DNA of 59,408 nucleotides from Actinomycetes bacterium. GTDB lineage: Bacteria > Actinomycetota > Acidimicrobiia > Acidimicrobiales > CADCSY01. Made by a program: the position numbers and the translations under genes. The notes below the pieces were generated by a model that searched no databases, had not been told where the DNA came from, and was given only the letters and a program-made list of their open reading frames with translations. Numbering within the stretch: the stretch's first letter is position 1; each line of letters starts with the position of its first letter. Location of the stretch: assembly GCA_031398745.1 (NCBI GenBank), contig JANNNX010000078.1, forward strand, positions 1 to 59,408. Reading direction: 5' to 3'. This document shows positions 41,601-49,798 of this stretch, one piece after another.

Positions 41601-42067
41601 GCGGTCAGCTGGAGCAGGGCCGCGGGCTTGGCCCGCCGGGCCAGCTTGGTGTCGGCCACGTCGTAGCGCCAGGGGCCGAGGGTGGAGGGCTCGTCGACCC
41701 GGAGCAGGAAGTCGGCATGGGCCCGCACCCGACCGTCGAAGAACGAGGCCTGGAAGATCACGTCCACCCCGGCGGCCATGGCCGCCACCGTCTCGGCCTC
41801 GGCGGCGGCCAGGGCGGTCGGCGAGGCGTCGAGGGGGCGAGCGATCTCCACCACCGAGTGGCCCTCGGCCCGGAGACGCTCGAGCTCGCGCCGCTCGTGC
41901 TCATCACCCCGGCGGCGCAGGACGGCCAGCTCGGGGTCGTCTTCGGGTGGGGGCTCGAGAAGACCCAGGGCCACCTGCCGATCGAGGGCGCTGCGGTGAC
42001 GGCACTCGACGAAGGCCACCAGGTCGCTGGGCGAGGTGATCAGGCGGTCGTCGGCAGTCCGGTACAT
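38621..42067 (-). CDS. Fusion of a TM0106-family RecB-like (PD-(D/E)xK) nuclease and an SF1B Upf1/DNA2-like helicase
   Basis: N-terminus has FQASFFDG...DFLL...YDVADTKLARRAKPAALLQLTAYAEQ and a C-terminal Cys cluster (CAVCPWAPAC). The C-terminal helicase carries Walker A GPPGAGKTHT, VIDEAGQ and FQGQEAPVVV motifs. 1148 aa. Confidence 0.8.
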   Translation of the reverse strand: MYRTADDRLITSPSDLVAFVECRHRSALDRQVALGLLEPPPEDDPELAVLRRRGDEHERRELERLRAEGHSVVEIARPLDASPTALAAAEAETVAAMAAGVDVIFQASFFDGRVRAHADFLLRVDEPSTLGPWRYDVADTKLARRAKPAALLQLTAYAEQVERIQGVAPTHVEVVTGDGERSRHPTAELAAYHRSVRHRFEAVLDRPPADDTYPDPVSHCAVCPWAPACEARRRADDHLSLVAGMRGPTAAHLAAAGIDTAAALAATTGDGERVSRVGDAFLARLRHQARLQRRAAADGTDRYALLPPPRPGLGLAGLPAPSPGDVFLDLEGDPWAVEGGLEYLWGLVTVDTGEPTYHAYWGHDPVAERTAFEAVIDLLVERRRRWPDLHVYHYAPYELTACKRLAGRYASRQAELDVLLRSRTFVDLYAVVRHGLRTSLEGYGLKKLEAFYLDGRDGTVSDGGSSIVVYEEWLETGNQQLLDDIEAYNAVDCRSTLGLRNWLEARRVEVAAMAGTELGRPGPVDGTPSAAVTEADAFEAELAARLGTGLPADPATHDAAQHATWLLAQLVGFHRREQKPEWWAHFDRLTRTDAQLVDDSEAIGELAYEGVVGQVKQSQIHRYHFDPAQEHKVRVGDTLVDPATEATIGTVHAIDSVGGVLDLKRQGRVDAPRSVVPRPPISPGELPRSVGRVAEWVAEHGIDQPGPFRAVRDLLLARPPRLVPSAAGRGHPATDPEADPASRAVALALALDDGCLAVQGPPGAGKTHTGAELIVALVRAGHTVGISGPSHKAIANLLEAVCHRADDDGGRPLRCLQKADEADQVEHRFVELATNDVVEAALAEDAGAAAGPRVDIVTGTTWLFSRPALVGALHTLVIDEAGQLPLANAVAAGAAAHNLVLLGDPQQLRQPGKGTHPLGSDASALSHLLGDQATLRSDLGVFLDRSYRMHPDVCSFVSELAYDGRLRSVDACAGIDLEASGTLNGTGVRWVPVDHVGNRTRSDEEVAVVVDLVADLLGATFVDRHGQERFLTLDDVLVVAPYNAQVNRLTEALPAGARVGTVDRFQGQEAPVVVCSLAASSAADAPRGPSFLLDRHRLNVAVSRAQALAVVVASPALLATRCSSARQVPLVNALCRLVEVAEAAQTSA

Positions 42068-42167
42068 GGCCTGCCCAGCATGACAGCGCCCTCTGACATC
42101 GACCCGTGGAACCGCTTAGGCCCGGGCCTGCCGACGTGTGGCCTACTCACCACGGCCAGGGCGACAT

Positions 42168-42205
42168 GGGGACCCGACGTCCTGCATGGGGTGACGTGGC
42201 GTCCC
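42168..42205. other. Imperfect 13-bp inverted repeat (GGGACCCGACGTC ... GACGTGGCGTCCC)
   Basis: Seen directly in the intergenic region between the imm-like gene 2 and the nuclease-helicase start. It could be a hairpin or terminator, or an operator. Confidence 0.3.
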
Positions 42206-42239
42206 CACATCGGGTGGGTCGGGACCTGAGTCACCCTCG

Positions 42240-42660
42240 GGCATCACTCGTCACTCCGTTCGCACCGCCGTCGCTGGGAACGGACCGACCGTGGCCAGTC
42301 GATGGTCCCGGTGTCGGACGAAGCCGCCGTCGCGGGTGACGTCGAACTCGACCACCTCGACGGCAGCCGACTCGCCAACTGCCCGGAGGGCACCGAGATC
42401 GATCCCGAAGCGACGACCATCCTGAGCGTCGTCACGTCGGAACACGGCGAGGTTCCTCTCGGTCGGAAAGCCATCCCCCAAGACGAGCCCCGTCTCGGTC
42501 CACAGCCCTTCGCTCTCCACCCCCTCGAACCAGCCGTCACTGCGCACTGCGGCCAGGGCCACCTGGATCAGACCCGCCGTCGGCTGCCCCCACCCCGCCG
42601 GCATCACATCCTCCGGGCGATTCGCCACCCGCACGACATCGCACTTGATCGCAGCCACCC
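42240..42660. repeat. Direct repeat copy A (about 420 bp, about 95% identical to 45703..46123)
   Basis: Near-identical DNA covers the 3' halves of both imm-like genes plus about 10 nt downstream (cactcgtcactccgttcgcaccgccgtcgctgggaacggaccgac...). The 5' halves are much more diverged. Confidence 0.75.
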
Positions 42661-42919
42661 AGGCCACATATCCATCGGCCTTGGTCACGATCGCCCCCGT
42701 CTGATCGACCACTAGCTCAGTAAGCCCGCTCAGCGTGGGGGTGCCGACGCTTCGCAAAACACCAAGGTTCAAAGAGAACGCTCGGTGGGCCTCCGCCAAC
42801 CCGAATACTGGCGCCACATCGTCTTTCCCAAACGAGATGTAACCCAGTTCGGGACGCTCCGTGAGGAACATCATCGAAGGCGAGGCATCGAACCACCCAT
42901 CGCCCACGTCTTGGATCAT
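42251..42919 (-). CDS. Putative immunity-like protein, paralog 2 (family unrecognised)
   Basis: About 85% aa identity to the gene at 45712..46395, and the C-terminal about 100 aa are nearly identical. The start is placed at MIQDVGDGWFD. The 290-aa track ORF over-extends. Confidence 0.55.
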   Translation of the reverse strand: MIQDVGDGWFDASPSMMFLTERPELGYISFGKDDVAPVFGLAEAHRAFSLNLGVLRSVGTPTLSGLTELVVDQTGAIVTKADGYVAWVAAIKCDVVRVANRPEDVMPAGWGQPTAGLIQVALAAVRSDGWFEGVESEGLWTETGLVLGDGFPTERNLAVFRRDDAQDGRRFGIDLGALRAVGESAAVEVVEFDVTRDGGFVRHRDHRLATVGPFPATAVRTE

Positions 42920-43227
42920 GATTTCCAACACTAGAACCTCACAGTCGAGGGCTGACAGCGCGAGAAGAGCAAGCTGTAGCGGCTGGCGCCGGCGAGCACC
43001 TGATGGATTCGCCGACGTTGCTTCACTTGACAAGAAGCACGACGAACCAGACGAGCATCCCGGCCATGCCCATCCCCACGAGCCATTGCGCCGTGCGGCT
43101 CGGGTGCCGCTGCGGGCCGCCACCTGCGAGCCAAAGGGCCAAGCCCACGGTGGTCAACGCGAGTGGGAAGGTTGGGGACGCCGCTCCCATCCTGTCGATC
43201 CATTCGACACTCGGCTTCCTCGGTGCG

Positions 43228-44394
43228 TCAGTTCGGCGGGTCGCTCTCTTCGGGGAACACCCGGGCCAGGCTGGGGACCATGCGCCGGACCGTCTGGCAC
43301 CACTTCTTCGTCCGCCTCGCAAGGAGGAGATCGCCGAGCGCCTCCCGGGCCCGGGTCCGGGCCCGGGCATTGAGCAGCGCCCCCAAAGAGATCTCGTAGG
43401 ACGACACGTCGGGCCACCACTCCTGCACCTCGCCCACCGTCAGCTCGGCTCCACCCGACGCCAGTGGCACTGCACCCTCCGGCCACCGGCCGCCGAGTAC
43501 CTCGAAGTGCCCCGGTCCGAGGCGCTGCCAGAAGAAGCCATCCAAGGCCTGGAACCACATCATCGGCCCGTGCTGGTGATAAGGCGATCGTCCGTCCGGG
43601 TTCATCGGTTTGTTGTGCCAGGCGGAGCACTTCGGCTGGGTGGCCACCACCGCATACGCCACCTCCCCGAGCTCCCGGCCGAGCTCGACCAACCGCTCGA
43701 CGTGCTCGACGAAGTTGGTCTCCGTCAGCCCGGGCCCGGCCACCATCGCCGTGAAACATGCCCATTCCGGCTCGGCGTTCACCGCCACGCCTCGCAACAG
43801 CTCATCCAGCTCGCCAGCGACAAAGTCAGCCGACGACCCCGCCGCCACCACCGACGAGGCCCGACGTCCCGCGGTGGCGAGATCAACCTGGCCGGCGTAC
43901 ACCTCAGCCAATCTGCAACGCACCAAGCCCTCGGCCTGCGACTCCAGCCACTCCACCCCCGCCGCCAACCAACCATCGACGATCGATGCCCGATCGGGCG
44001 AATCCGGATGCGGATACACGGCCAACACCACCGTCGGTCCCGTGATGAACAGCAACGAGAAGAACTCGGTGGTCGGTGGCACCGACACCACCGCATCGCT
44101 CACCCCCACCTCGACCAGATAGCCGACCAACACCTCGGCCATCTCCGCCCGCTGACCCCCCGACAGGTCCTCCGCCCCGAACAGGCCGACCACCCCCATC
44201 GGCAGCACCGTCGGACCCACCAACCTGTCGAACAACGGTTCGGTGAACCCGCCCTCGACATGGACGAAGTGGTGGAACAACCGATCGAAGGCCACCGCCA
44301 CCTGCTCGAGGGTCGCCGCCCCGCTCACGCACAGCACGACGTCCTCCTGCGCCCGAAGTGCGCTCGTCGTCCCCCGACCCACCACCACCGGCAT
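43228..44394 (-). CDS. Uncharacterised 388-aa protein (paralog of 44454..45629)
   Basis: Shares blocks with its neighbour (LGEVAYAVVATQP / GGRWPEGA / EWWPD). No signal peptide or recognisable domain. Confidence 0.5.
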   Translation of the reverse strand: MPVVVGRGTTSALRAQEDVVLCVSGAATLEQVAVAFDRLFHHFVHVEGGFTEPLFDRLVGPTVLPMGVVGLFGAEDLSGGQRAEMAEVLVGYLVEVGVSDAVVSVPPTTEFFSLLFITGPTVVLAVYPHPDSPDRASIVDGWLAAGVEWLESQAEGLVRCRLAEVYAGQVDLATAGRRASSVVAAGSSADFVAGELDELLRGVAVNAEPEWACFTAMVAGPGLTETNFVEHVERLVELGRELGEVAYAVVATQPKCSAWHNKPMNPDGRSPYHQHGPMMWFQALDGFFWQRLGPGHFEVLGGRWPEGAVPLASGGAELTVGEVQEWWPDVSSYEISLGALLNARARTRAREALGDLLLARRTKKWCQTVRRMVPSLARVFPEESDPPN

Positions 44395-44453
44395 CTCGCT
44401 ACACCCGGCCCGTCATGGCCGAGACAGCGCGGTCGCGACAGCCACGGACCCGG

Positions 44454-45629
44454 TCACGACGGGTCATCGAGACCCAAGATGCGCTGGCGGCGCTCGAATC
44501 GCCGCCGTGAGATATCCGAGCGCCGATCGGTGTAGGGATAGGCCAGCAACCGTGCCAGCAGCGCACGAGCCCGGGCCCGCACCGCGGCGTTGGACGTCGC
44601 CTGGCCGGATTGGTAGGTCGCCATGTTCCCGGTCATCCACTCCGCCATCTGGGCCGGCGAGTACCCCTGAAGCCAGATCTGGTCCGGCCACCACTCCTCG
44701 GGCTCACCCACCCGCACCTCGGCCCGACCCGGACCGACCACCTCAGCACCCTCGGGCCACACGCCGCCCAACTCCTCGAGGTGTCTCGCCGACAGCAACT
44801 GCCACCAATGGGCATCTGGCACCACCTGGTTGCACATTCCCATCGTGCTGTTGGTTGCCTTCGCAGCCAGCTCGTCGGCATCACCGGGCTCCAAGTAGAT
44901 GGCGGCGTGCCAGTCGGGCTCGGTCACGACCACTGCGTAGGAGACCTCCCCCAAGGAGCGTGCCAGGTCGACCAACGACTCCGCGTGCGCCACCGCCGTC
45001 GTGGGGGTGAGCGACATGCCTCCCAGAGCGACACTCAACACCGGCTCATGTGATGATCCCACGCCGACAACACCGACCTGCTCAGGCATGCGGCCGGCGA
45101 CCACCTGAGCGCTCATGCCCTGCGCGTGCGTGCCCTCCAACACCATCCGTACGTCAGCCAGCGGCAAGGTCGACTCCACCCCCGACCCGATCGTGATCTC
45201 GGCATCGCCCCCGACGAAGGGCTGCGCCTCCAGGAAGTCGCAGGCCGCCTCGAGCCAACCCGGCGGCACACGACCGACGTCGGTCAACCACAACCCAACG
45301 GGCACGGCCGGCGCGACCAACAACGCCACCGACATACCCCACTGCCGATACCGATACGGGTCCCGCTCCGCCGGACACACCACCACCGCATCGGACGCTC
45401 CCTGCTCGTCCAACAACGCCACCAGCCGGTCCGGCAACTCCCCCCACGCTCGACGACCTAGCGAATGCGCATCGATGATCACGAACGGGCCCTCCGGGGA
45501 TCGAACCGGCCCGATCACCAGGTTCACCGACTCCTCCAGATCGGCCTCCAGATCCGCCAGCAGCTCTCCGGCCAACACCGATAAGGCCCGAACGGCGGCC
45601 TCGACATCGACCGCGCCCTGCACCACCAA
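44454..45629 (-). CDS. Uncharacterised 391-aa protein (paralog of 43228..44394)
   Basis: About 35-40% identity to its neighbour (LGEVSYAVVVTEP / GGVWPEGA / EWWPD). Confidence 0.5.
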   Translation of the reverse strand: MVVQGAVDVEAAVRALSVLAGELLADLEADLEESVNLVIGPVRSPEGPFVIIDAHSLGRRAWGELPDRLVALLDEQGASDAVVVCPAERDPYRYRQWGMSVALLVAPAVPVGLWLTDVGRVPPGWLEAACDFLEAQPFVGGDAEITIGSGVESTLPLADVRMVLEGTHAQGMSAQVVAGRMPEQVGVVGVGSSHEPVLSVALGGMSLTPTTAVAHAESLVDLARSLGEVSYAVVVTEPDWHAAIYLEPGDADELAAKATNSTMGMCNQVVPDAHWWQLLSARHLEELGGVWPEGAEVVGPGRAEVRVGEPEEWWPDQIWLQGYSPAQMAEWMTGNMATYQSGQATSNAAVRARARALLARLLAYPYTDRRSDISRRRFERRQRILGLDDPS

Positions 45630-45702
45630 AGTGAACCCACCCGCGTCCCGACGGATCCTCGAGCGAACCCCCGCGCTAGGCGAGCCATGCGTTATCCCCG
45701 AT

Positions 45703-46123
45703 CAACACTCGTCACTCCGTTCGCACCGCCGTCGCTGGGAACGGACCGACAGTGGCCAGTCGATGGTCCCGGTGTCGGACGAAGCCGCCGTCGCGGGTGA
45801 CGTCGAACTCGACCACTTCCACGGCAGCCGACTCGCCCACCGCCCGGAGGGCACCGAGATCGATCCCGAAGCGACGACCGTCCTGAGCACCATCTCGCCG
45901 GAACACGGCGAGGTCCCGCTTGGTCGGAAAGCCATCCCCCAAGACGAGCCCCGTCTCGGTCCACAGCCCTTCGCCTTCCACCCCCTCGAACCAGCCGTCA
46001 CTGCGCACTGCAGCCAGGGCCACCTGGATCAGACCCGCCGTCGGCTGCCCCCACCCCGCCGGCATCGCATCCTCCGGACGATTCGCCACCCGCACGACTT
46101 CGCACTTGATCGCAGCCACCCAG
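45703..46123. repeat. Direct repeat copy B (partner of 42240..42660)
   Basis: See copy A. Confidence 0.75.
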
Positions 46124-46395
46124 GACGCGGACCCATCAGCCCCGGTGACGATCGCTCCCGCCTGATCTACCACCAGGTCGGTCACGCCGCTCAGCGTGGG
46201 GGTGCCGACGCTTCGCAACGAGCCAAGCCTCAACGAATAGGCCGCGCGCCCACCCTCCAACGCGAATACGGGGCGACCGGGACTGCCCTCTCCAAACGAG
46301 ACGTAACCCAGTTCAGGGCGCTCCGTGAGGAACATCATTGATGGCGAGGCGTCGAACCACCCATCGCCCACGTCGCGCAGAATTACCTCAAGCAT
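45712..46395 (-). CDS. Putative cognate immunity protein of the RHS toxin (paralog 1)
   Basis: 227-aa ORF starting 10 nt after the RHS stop on the same strand. It is duplicated at 42251..42919. Confidence 0.55.
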   Translation of the reverse strand: MLEVILRDVGDGWFDASPSMMFLTERPELGYVSFGEGSPGRPVFALEGGRAAYSLRLGSLRSVGTPTLSGVTDLVVDQAGAIVTGADGSASWVAAIKCEVVRVANRPEDAMPAGWGQPTAGLIQVALAAVRSDGWFEGVEGEGLWTETGLVLGDGFPTKRDLAVFRRDGAQDGRRFGIDLGALRAVGESAAVEVVEFDVTRDGGFVRHRDHRLATVGPFPATAVRTE

Positions 46396-46405
46396 ATCTC
46401 GTTCC

Positions 46406-49400
46406 TTATATTGGCGGATTCATCCGCTGTGTAGAGCACGCAGTTACACTCGAGTTCTTGCAGCCACTAGGGATAAAGATTTCAGGAAGCCCACCGCTGG
46501 TATCTTTGAATCCTGGGTAGATCTTGGTCTCAAGAGGGACCGCTGGCAGAACTTTGCCAATCGTTCGAACGTCGACGAGCAGACCGGTCGTAAGGCGATC
46601 ACCTGCGTTTTTCGGAGGATCAGGCAGCCCGGCGTAGAATCGAAAGGAACGATATCCAAACTGTCTGTCCCATGCGATCGGGTCAACGAAGGTCCAAGAC
46701 CTACCGTCACGCTGTGCCTCTCCACCGTGTGCTCGATAGATAACGAGCCCATAGTTGCCATCGCTGTCCTCGCCTGCCACACACCATGAACGGTATCGAC
46801 GGCACTCCGTCTGCAGCGCCTCCAGCTTGTCTTGGTCCTCTCGGCGATTGTCCTCTTCGGCACGGCAAGCGAAGACGCAAAGTTTAGGTAGATCGGGCAG
46901 GTCGGGCAGATCGGGCAGTCGGCCAGGAAGGTCAGGGAGATTTGGCAGGTTCGGTAGGTCAACCCCGATGGTCGCTGCCAGATACGCCAGTGCCGCCACC
47001 CCCACGGCGACAACGACAACGGCGCCGATGACCGCGCCGACTACCGCACCGCCCGCTGCGACCGCCCCACCAAGGGCAGCTGCCGCAGGGGGGACACCGA
47101 CGAATGCAGGGCTGAACACTCCGTCGCTCATCGAGTACATGCCGGTGGGGTCTGCGCGGTCGATCGGGTCGTTATCGGCGTAGTGGTAGCGGTAGGCCAC
47201 CGTGGGTGTGCCCGACACCCCACCGAGAGGGTCGGTGGTGGTGAACGCGGCCGTGGTCGGCTGGTAGTCACGGGCCCGCAGGTGGATCAGGTCGTCGACC
47301 ACCACCTCCCCCCGGTAGCCCAACTGCGGGGCGTAGGTCGAGGTCCCCGAGGCCTTGCCCCACATGTCATAGGACGTGGCCCGGGCCACCGACGCCGTGG
47401 CTGAGGTCGACAGGACCGACCCGTACACGTCGGTCGCCAGCGCCGAGGTGGTCGAGCCCTTACGCATGGCTACCCACCCCATGGTTCCCCCGACTAGATC
47501 GGTGATGGCCGACCCCGTGGTCATGCCGGTGAGCTGGGCCACACCGCCGGCGGTGTCCCAATCCAAGGTCGTCGAGGTCACCGAGGCCCCGGTGCTGGCC
47601 ACGCCCACCAGGTTGCCAGCCGGATCGTAGCTGCGGGTCTCGGTGGTCGAGCCCGACGACGACACCTCCGTCAGCGACGACAACCGGCCGGCCTCGTCAT
47701 ACACGTAGCTGGTGGCGTTCGACCCGGCCGACTCCGACACCCGTCGACCGGCCTCGTCATAGGCGTAGCTCGTCGTCACCGATCCCGCGGTCGAGGACGT
47801 GAGCTGCCCGGCCGCGTCATAGGCCCAGGTGGCGGTCACCGAGTTGCCCTTCTTCTCCTGCACCCGCCGCCCGAGCGCGTCGTAGCTCCAGCGCTGGGCG
47901 CTGCCCGACGACGGCTGGCGCACGGTGATCTGGCCCGCCAGGTCGTGGGTGTAGGTGGTGGTGGCCCCGGCGGTGGTCTCGGTGGCCACCCGCCCCGCGC
48001 TGTCGTAGCCCAGGGTGGTGGAGCGGTTGGCGCCGGCCAGCACCTGGTCGAAGCCGGTCACCCGCCCGCCGGTGTACGTCCACGTCCGGCTGCCGCCGAC
48101 CACCGCCTCACCGGTGACCCGACCGTCGGCGTCATAGGTGTATGTCGCCAACGCCGCCGTCGGCGAGGTCAGGTTGCTGAACGACACGTCGTCCACGGCG
48201 ACCTGGTGCGCCCCGCCGCTGACCCGTACGTAGGAGACCTTGGTGGCGCCAGGGTCGACCACCGCGGTGTCGGTCACCTCCGTCGACCACGCCACCGGCT
48301 CTCCGGCGGCTACGTCCCACGACTTGACTCGCACCGTGGTGCCCTCGACCCGAAAGCGCAGGCCCCGCTCACTCAGGCCCGTGGCGACGGTGAAGGTGCC
48401 GATCTGGGTGGTCGTCGTGCCGACCTTCCGATAGAGCGAGCCGGTGCTGGAGCTGTTGGCCACCTCGACCCAGTAAGAACCAGTCGACGATGACCGGCCG
48501 TACACCCGGAACTTTGCCGACGACGATGCGTCCTCGAACCGGTAGGTCAGTGCCACCTCCGAATCGGTGGTGGTCGTGCCCTTGGCGCTGATCGTCGCCG
48601 TGCTCGACCCAGTTGACCCGGTGGACAAGATGGCCTCGTTGTCCTCGATCGTCACCGAGGCCCCGGTGCCAGCGCTCACACCCCACTTGTTCGTGTCGGG
48701 GGCGGAGCCGTCGCTGCCGGTGAAGGCGTCGGCCATGGTCTCGGCCGCCGTGATGGTCGAGAGCCGCCCGGCAGCGTCGTACTGGTAGCGCTCGATCGAG
48801 CCGTCGGGGCTGCGCATCGAGGTCCGGCGACCGGCGACGTCGTAGGTGTAGCTGGTGGTCCGTCCCCCGGGGGTCACCTGCTGCGTCTGGGCCCCGCCAG
48901 CGTCGTAGGCGTAGGTGGTCGTGCCCGAGGCATCGGTGATGCTCGTCACCCAACCGGCGGCGTCGTGGGTGTAGTCGACCTGGCTGCCGTCGTCGTAGGT
49001 GCGCGTCGTCAGCTGGCCGGCGGCGTCGAAGGTGTCGGTGGTCGACCGACCCGACGGGTCGACGGTGGTGCTGAGGCGACCGGCGTCGTCGAAGCCCGTC
49101 GTAGTAACCCGTCCCAGCGGGTCGGTGGTCTCGGTCTGCTGGCCGGCCGCGTCATAGCCGTAGCTGGTCACGCCGCCCAGGGCGTCGACCATCGAGGTGC
49201 GCCGACTGCGGCTGTCGTAGCCGTAGGTCGTCAGCTTGCCCAGCGCGTCGGTGGCGGCGGTCTGGCGACCATCGGCGTCGAAGGTGTACGTCGTCGTCCC
49301 CGCGCCGGTCTTGGTCACCGATACGAGCTGGCCCTTGGCGTCGTAGCCGTTGGTGGTGACCACCCCGGCGGAGTCGGTCATCGTGGCCACCCGCCCGGCG

Positions 49401-49798
49401 GAGTCGTAGGTGCTGGCGGTGACCAGGCCCGACGGTGACGTCACCGACAGCTGGTTGCCGTCAGCGTCGTGGACATAGGTCGTCGTGCCCGAAGCCGTGG
49501 TCACCGCCACCAACCGGCCGGCGGTGTCGTAGGCATTGGTCGAGGTGTTCCCGGCCGCATCGGTGGTCGTCGCCACCCGTCCGGCCGGGGTGTAGGTGGT
49601 GGTGGCCACGCCACCGCGGGCGTCGGTCTCGCCGACCACCCGGCCGAGGGCGTCGTAGCTGGTCGACACGACGTGGCCGGCTGGGTCCGTGACCGACGAC
49701 TGGCGTCCGGCGGCGTCATAGGCCGTGGTCGTCGTGCGACCGAGCCCATCGGTGGTGGTGACCTCGCGTCCGGCGGCGTCGTAGCCGGTGGTCGTCAC
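46406..49798 (-). CDS. RHS/YD-repeat polymorphic toxin, C-terminal portion: YD-repeat shell, RHS core end motif and a variable C-terminal toxin domain
   Basis: Dozens of YDxxGR repeats. RHS boundary motif YRYHYADNDPIDRADPTGMYS. Then a Gly/Ala/Val-rich hydrophobic segment, an (LPD/LPN)n linker and a final domain of about 170 aa with lower-GC DNA. It is contiguous with 49716..52064 through a 1-nt frame change. Confidence 0.85.
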   Translation of the reverse strand: MTTTGYDAAGREVTTTDGLGRTTTTAYDAAGRQSSVTDPAGHVVSTSYDALGRVVGETDARGGVATTTYTPAGRVATTTDAAGNTSTNAYDTAGRLVAVTTASGTTTYVHDADGNQLSVTSPSGLVTASTYDSAGRVATMTDSAGVVTTNGYDAKGQLVSVTKTGAGTTTYTFDADGRQTAATDALGKLTTYGYDSRSRRTSMVDALGGVTSYGYDAAGQQTETTDPLGRVTTTGFDDAGRLSTTVDPSGRSTTDTFDAAGQLTTRTYDDGSQVDYTHDAAGWVTSITDASGTTTYAYDAGGAQTQQVTPGGRTTSYTYDVAGRRTSMRSPDGSIERYQYDAAGRLSTITAAETMADAFTGSDGSAPDTNKWGVSAGTGASVTIEDNEAILSTGSTGSSTATISAKGTTTTDSEVALTYRFEDASSSAKFRVYGRSSSTGSYWVEVANSSSTGSLYRKVGTTTTQIGTFTVATGLSERGLRFRVEGTTVRVKSWDVAAGEPVAWSTEVTDTAVVDPGATKVSYVRVSGGAHQVAVDDVSFSNLTSPTAALATYTYDADGRVTGEAVVGGSRTWTYTGGRVTGFDQVLAGANRSTTLGYDSAGRVATETTAGATTTYTHDLAGQITVRQPSSGSAQRWSYDALGRRVQEKKGNSVTATWAYDAAGQLTSSTAGSVTTSYAYDEAGRRVSESAGSNATSYVYDEAGRLSSLTEVSSSGSTTETRSYDPAGNLVGVASTGASVTSTTLDWDTAGGVAQLTGMTTGSAITDLVGGTMGWVAMRKGSTTSALATDVYGSVLSTSATASVARATSYDMWGKASGTSTYAPQLGYRGEVVVDDLIHLRARDYQPTTAAFTTTDPLGGVSGTPTVAYRYHYADNDPIDRADPTGMYSMSDGVFSPAFVGVPPAAAALGGAVAAGGAVVGAVIGAVVVVAVGVAALAYLAATIGVDLPNLPNLPDLPGRLPDLPDLPDLPKLCVFACRAEEDNRREDQDKLEALQTECRRYRSWCVAGEDSDGNYGLVIYRAHGGEAQRDGRSWTFVDPIAWDRQFGYRSFRFYAGLPDPPKNAGDRLTTGLLVDVRTIGKVLPAVPLETKIYPGFKDTSGGLPEIFIPSGCKNSSVTACSTQRMNPPI
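46886..46960. repeat. Imperfect 6/12-nt tandem repeat encoding a DLPNLPNLPDLPGRLPDLPDLPDLPKL linker
   Basis: gatcgggcaggtcgggcagatcgggcagtcggccaggaaggtcagggagatttggcaggttcgg, coding on the minus strand. Confidence 0.7.
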
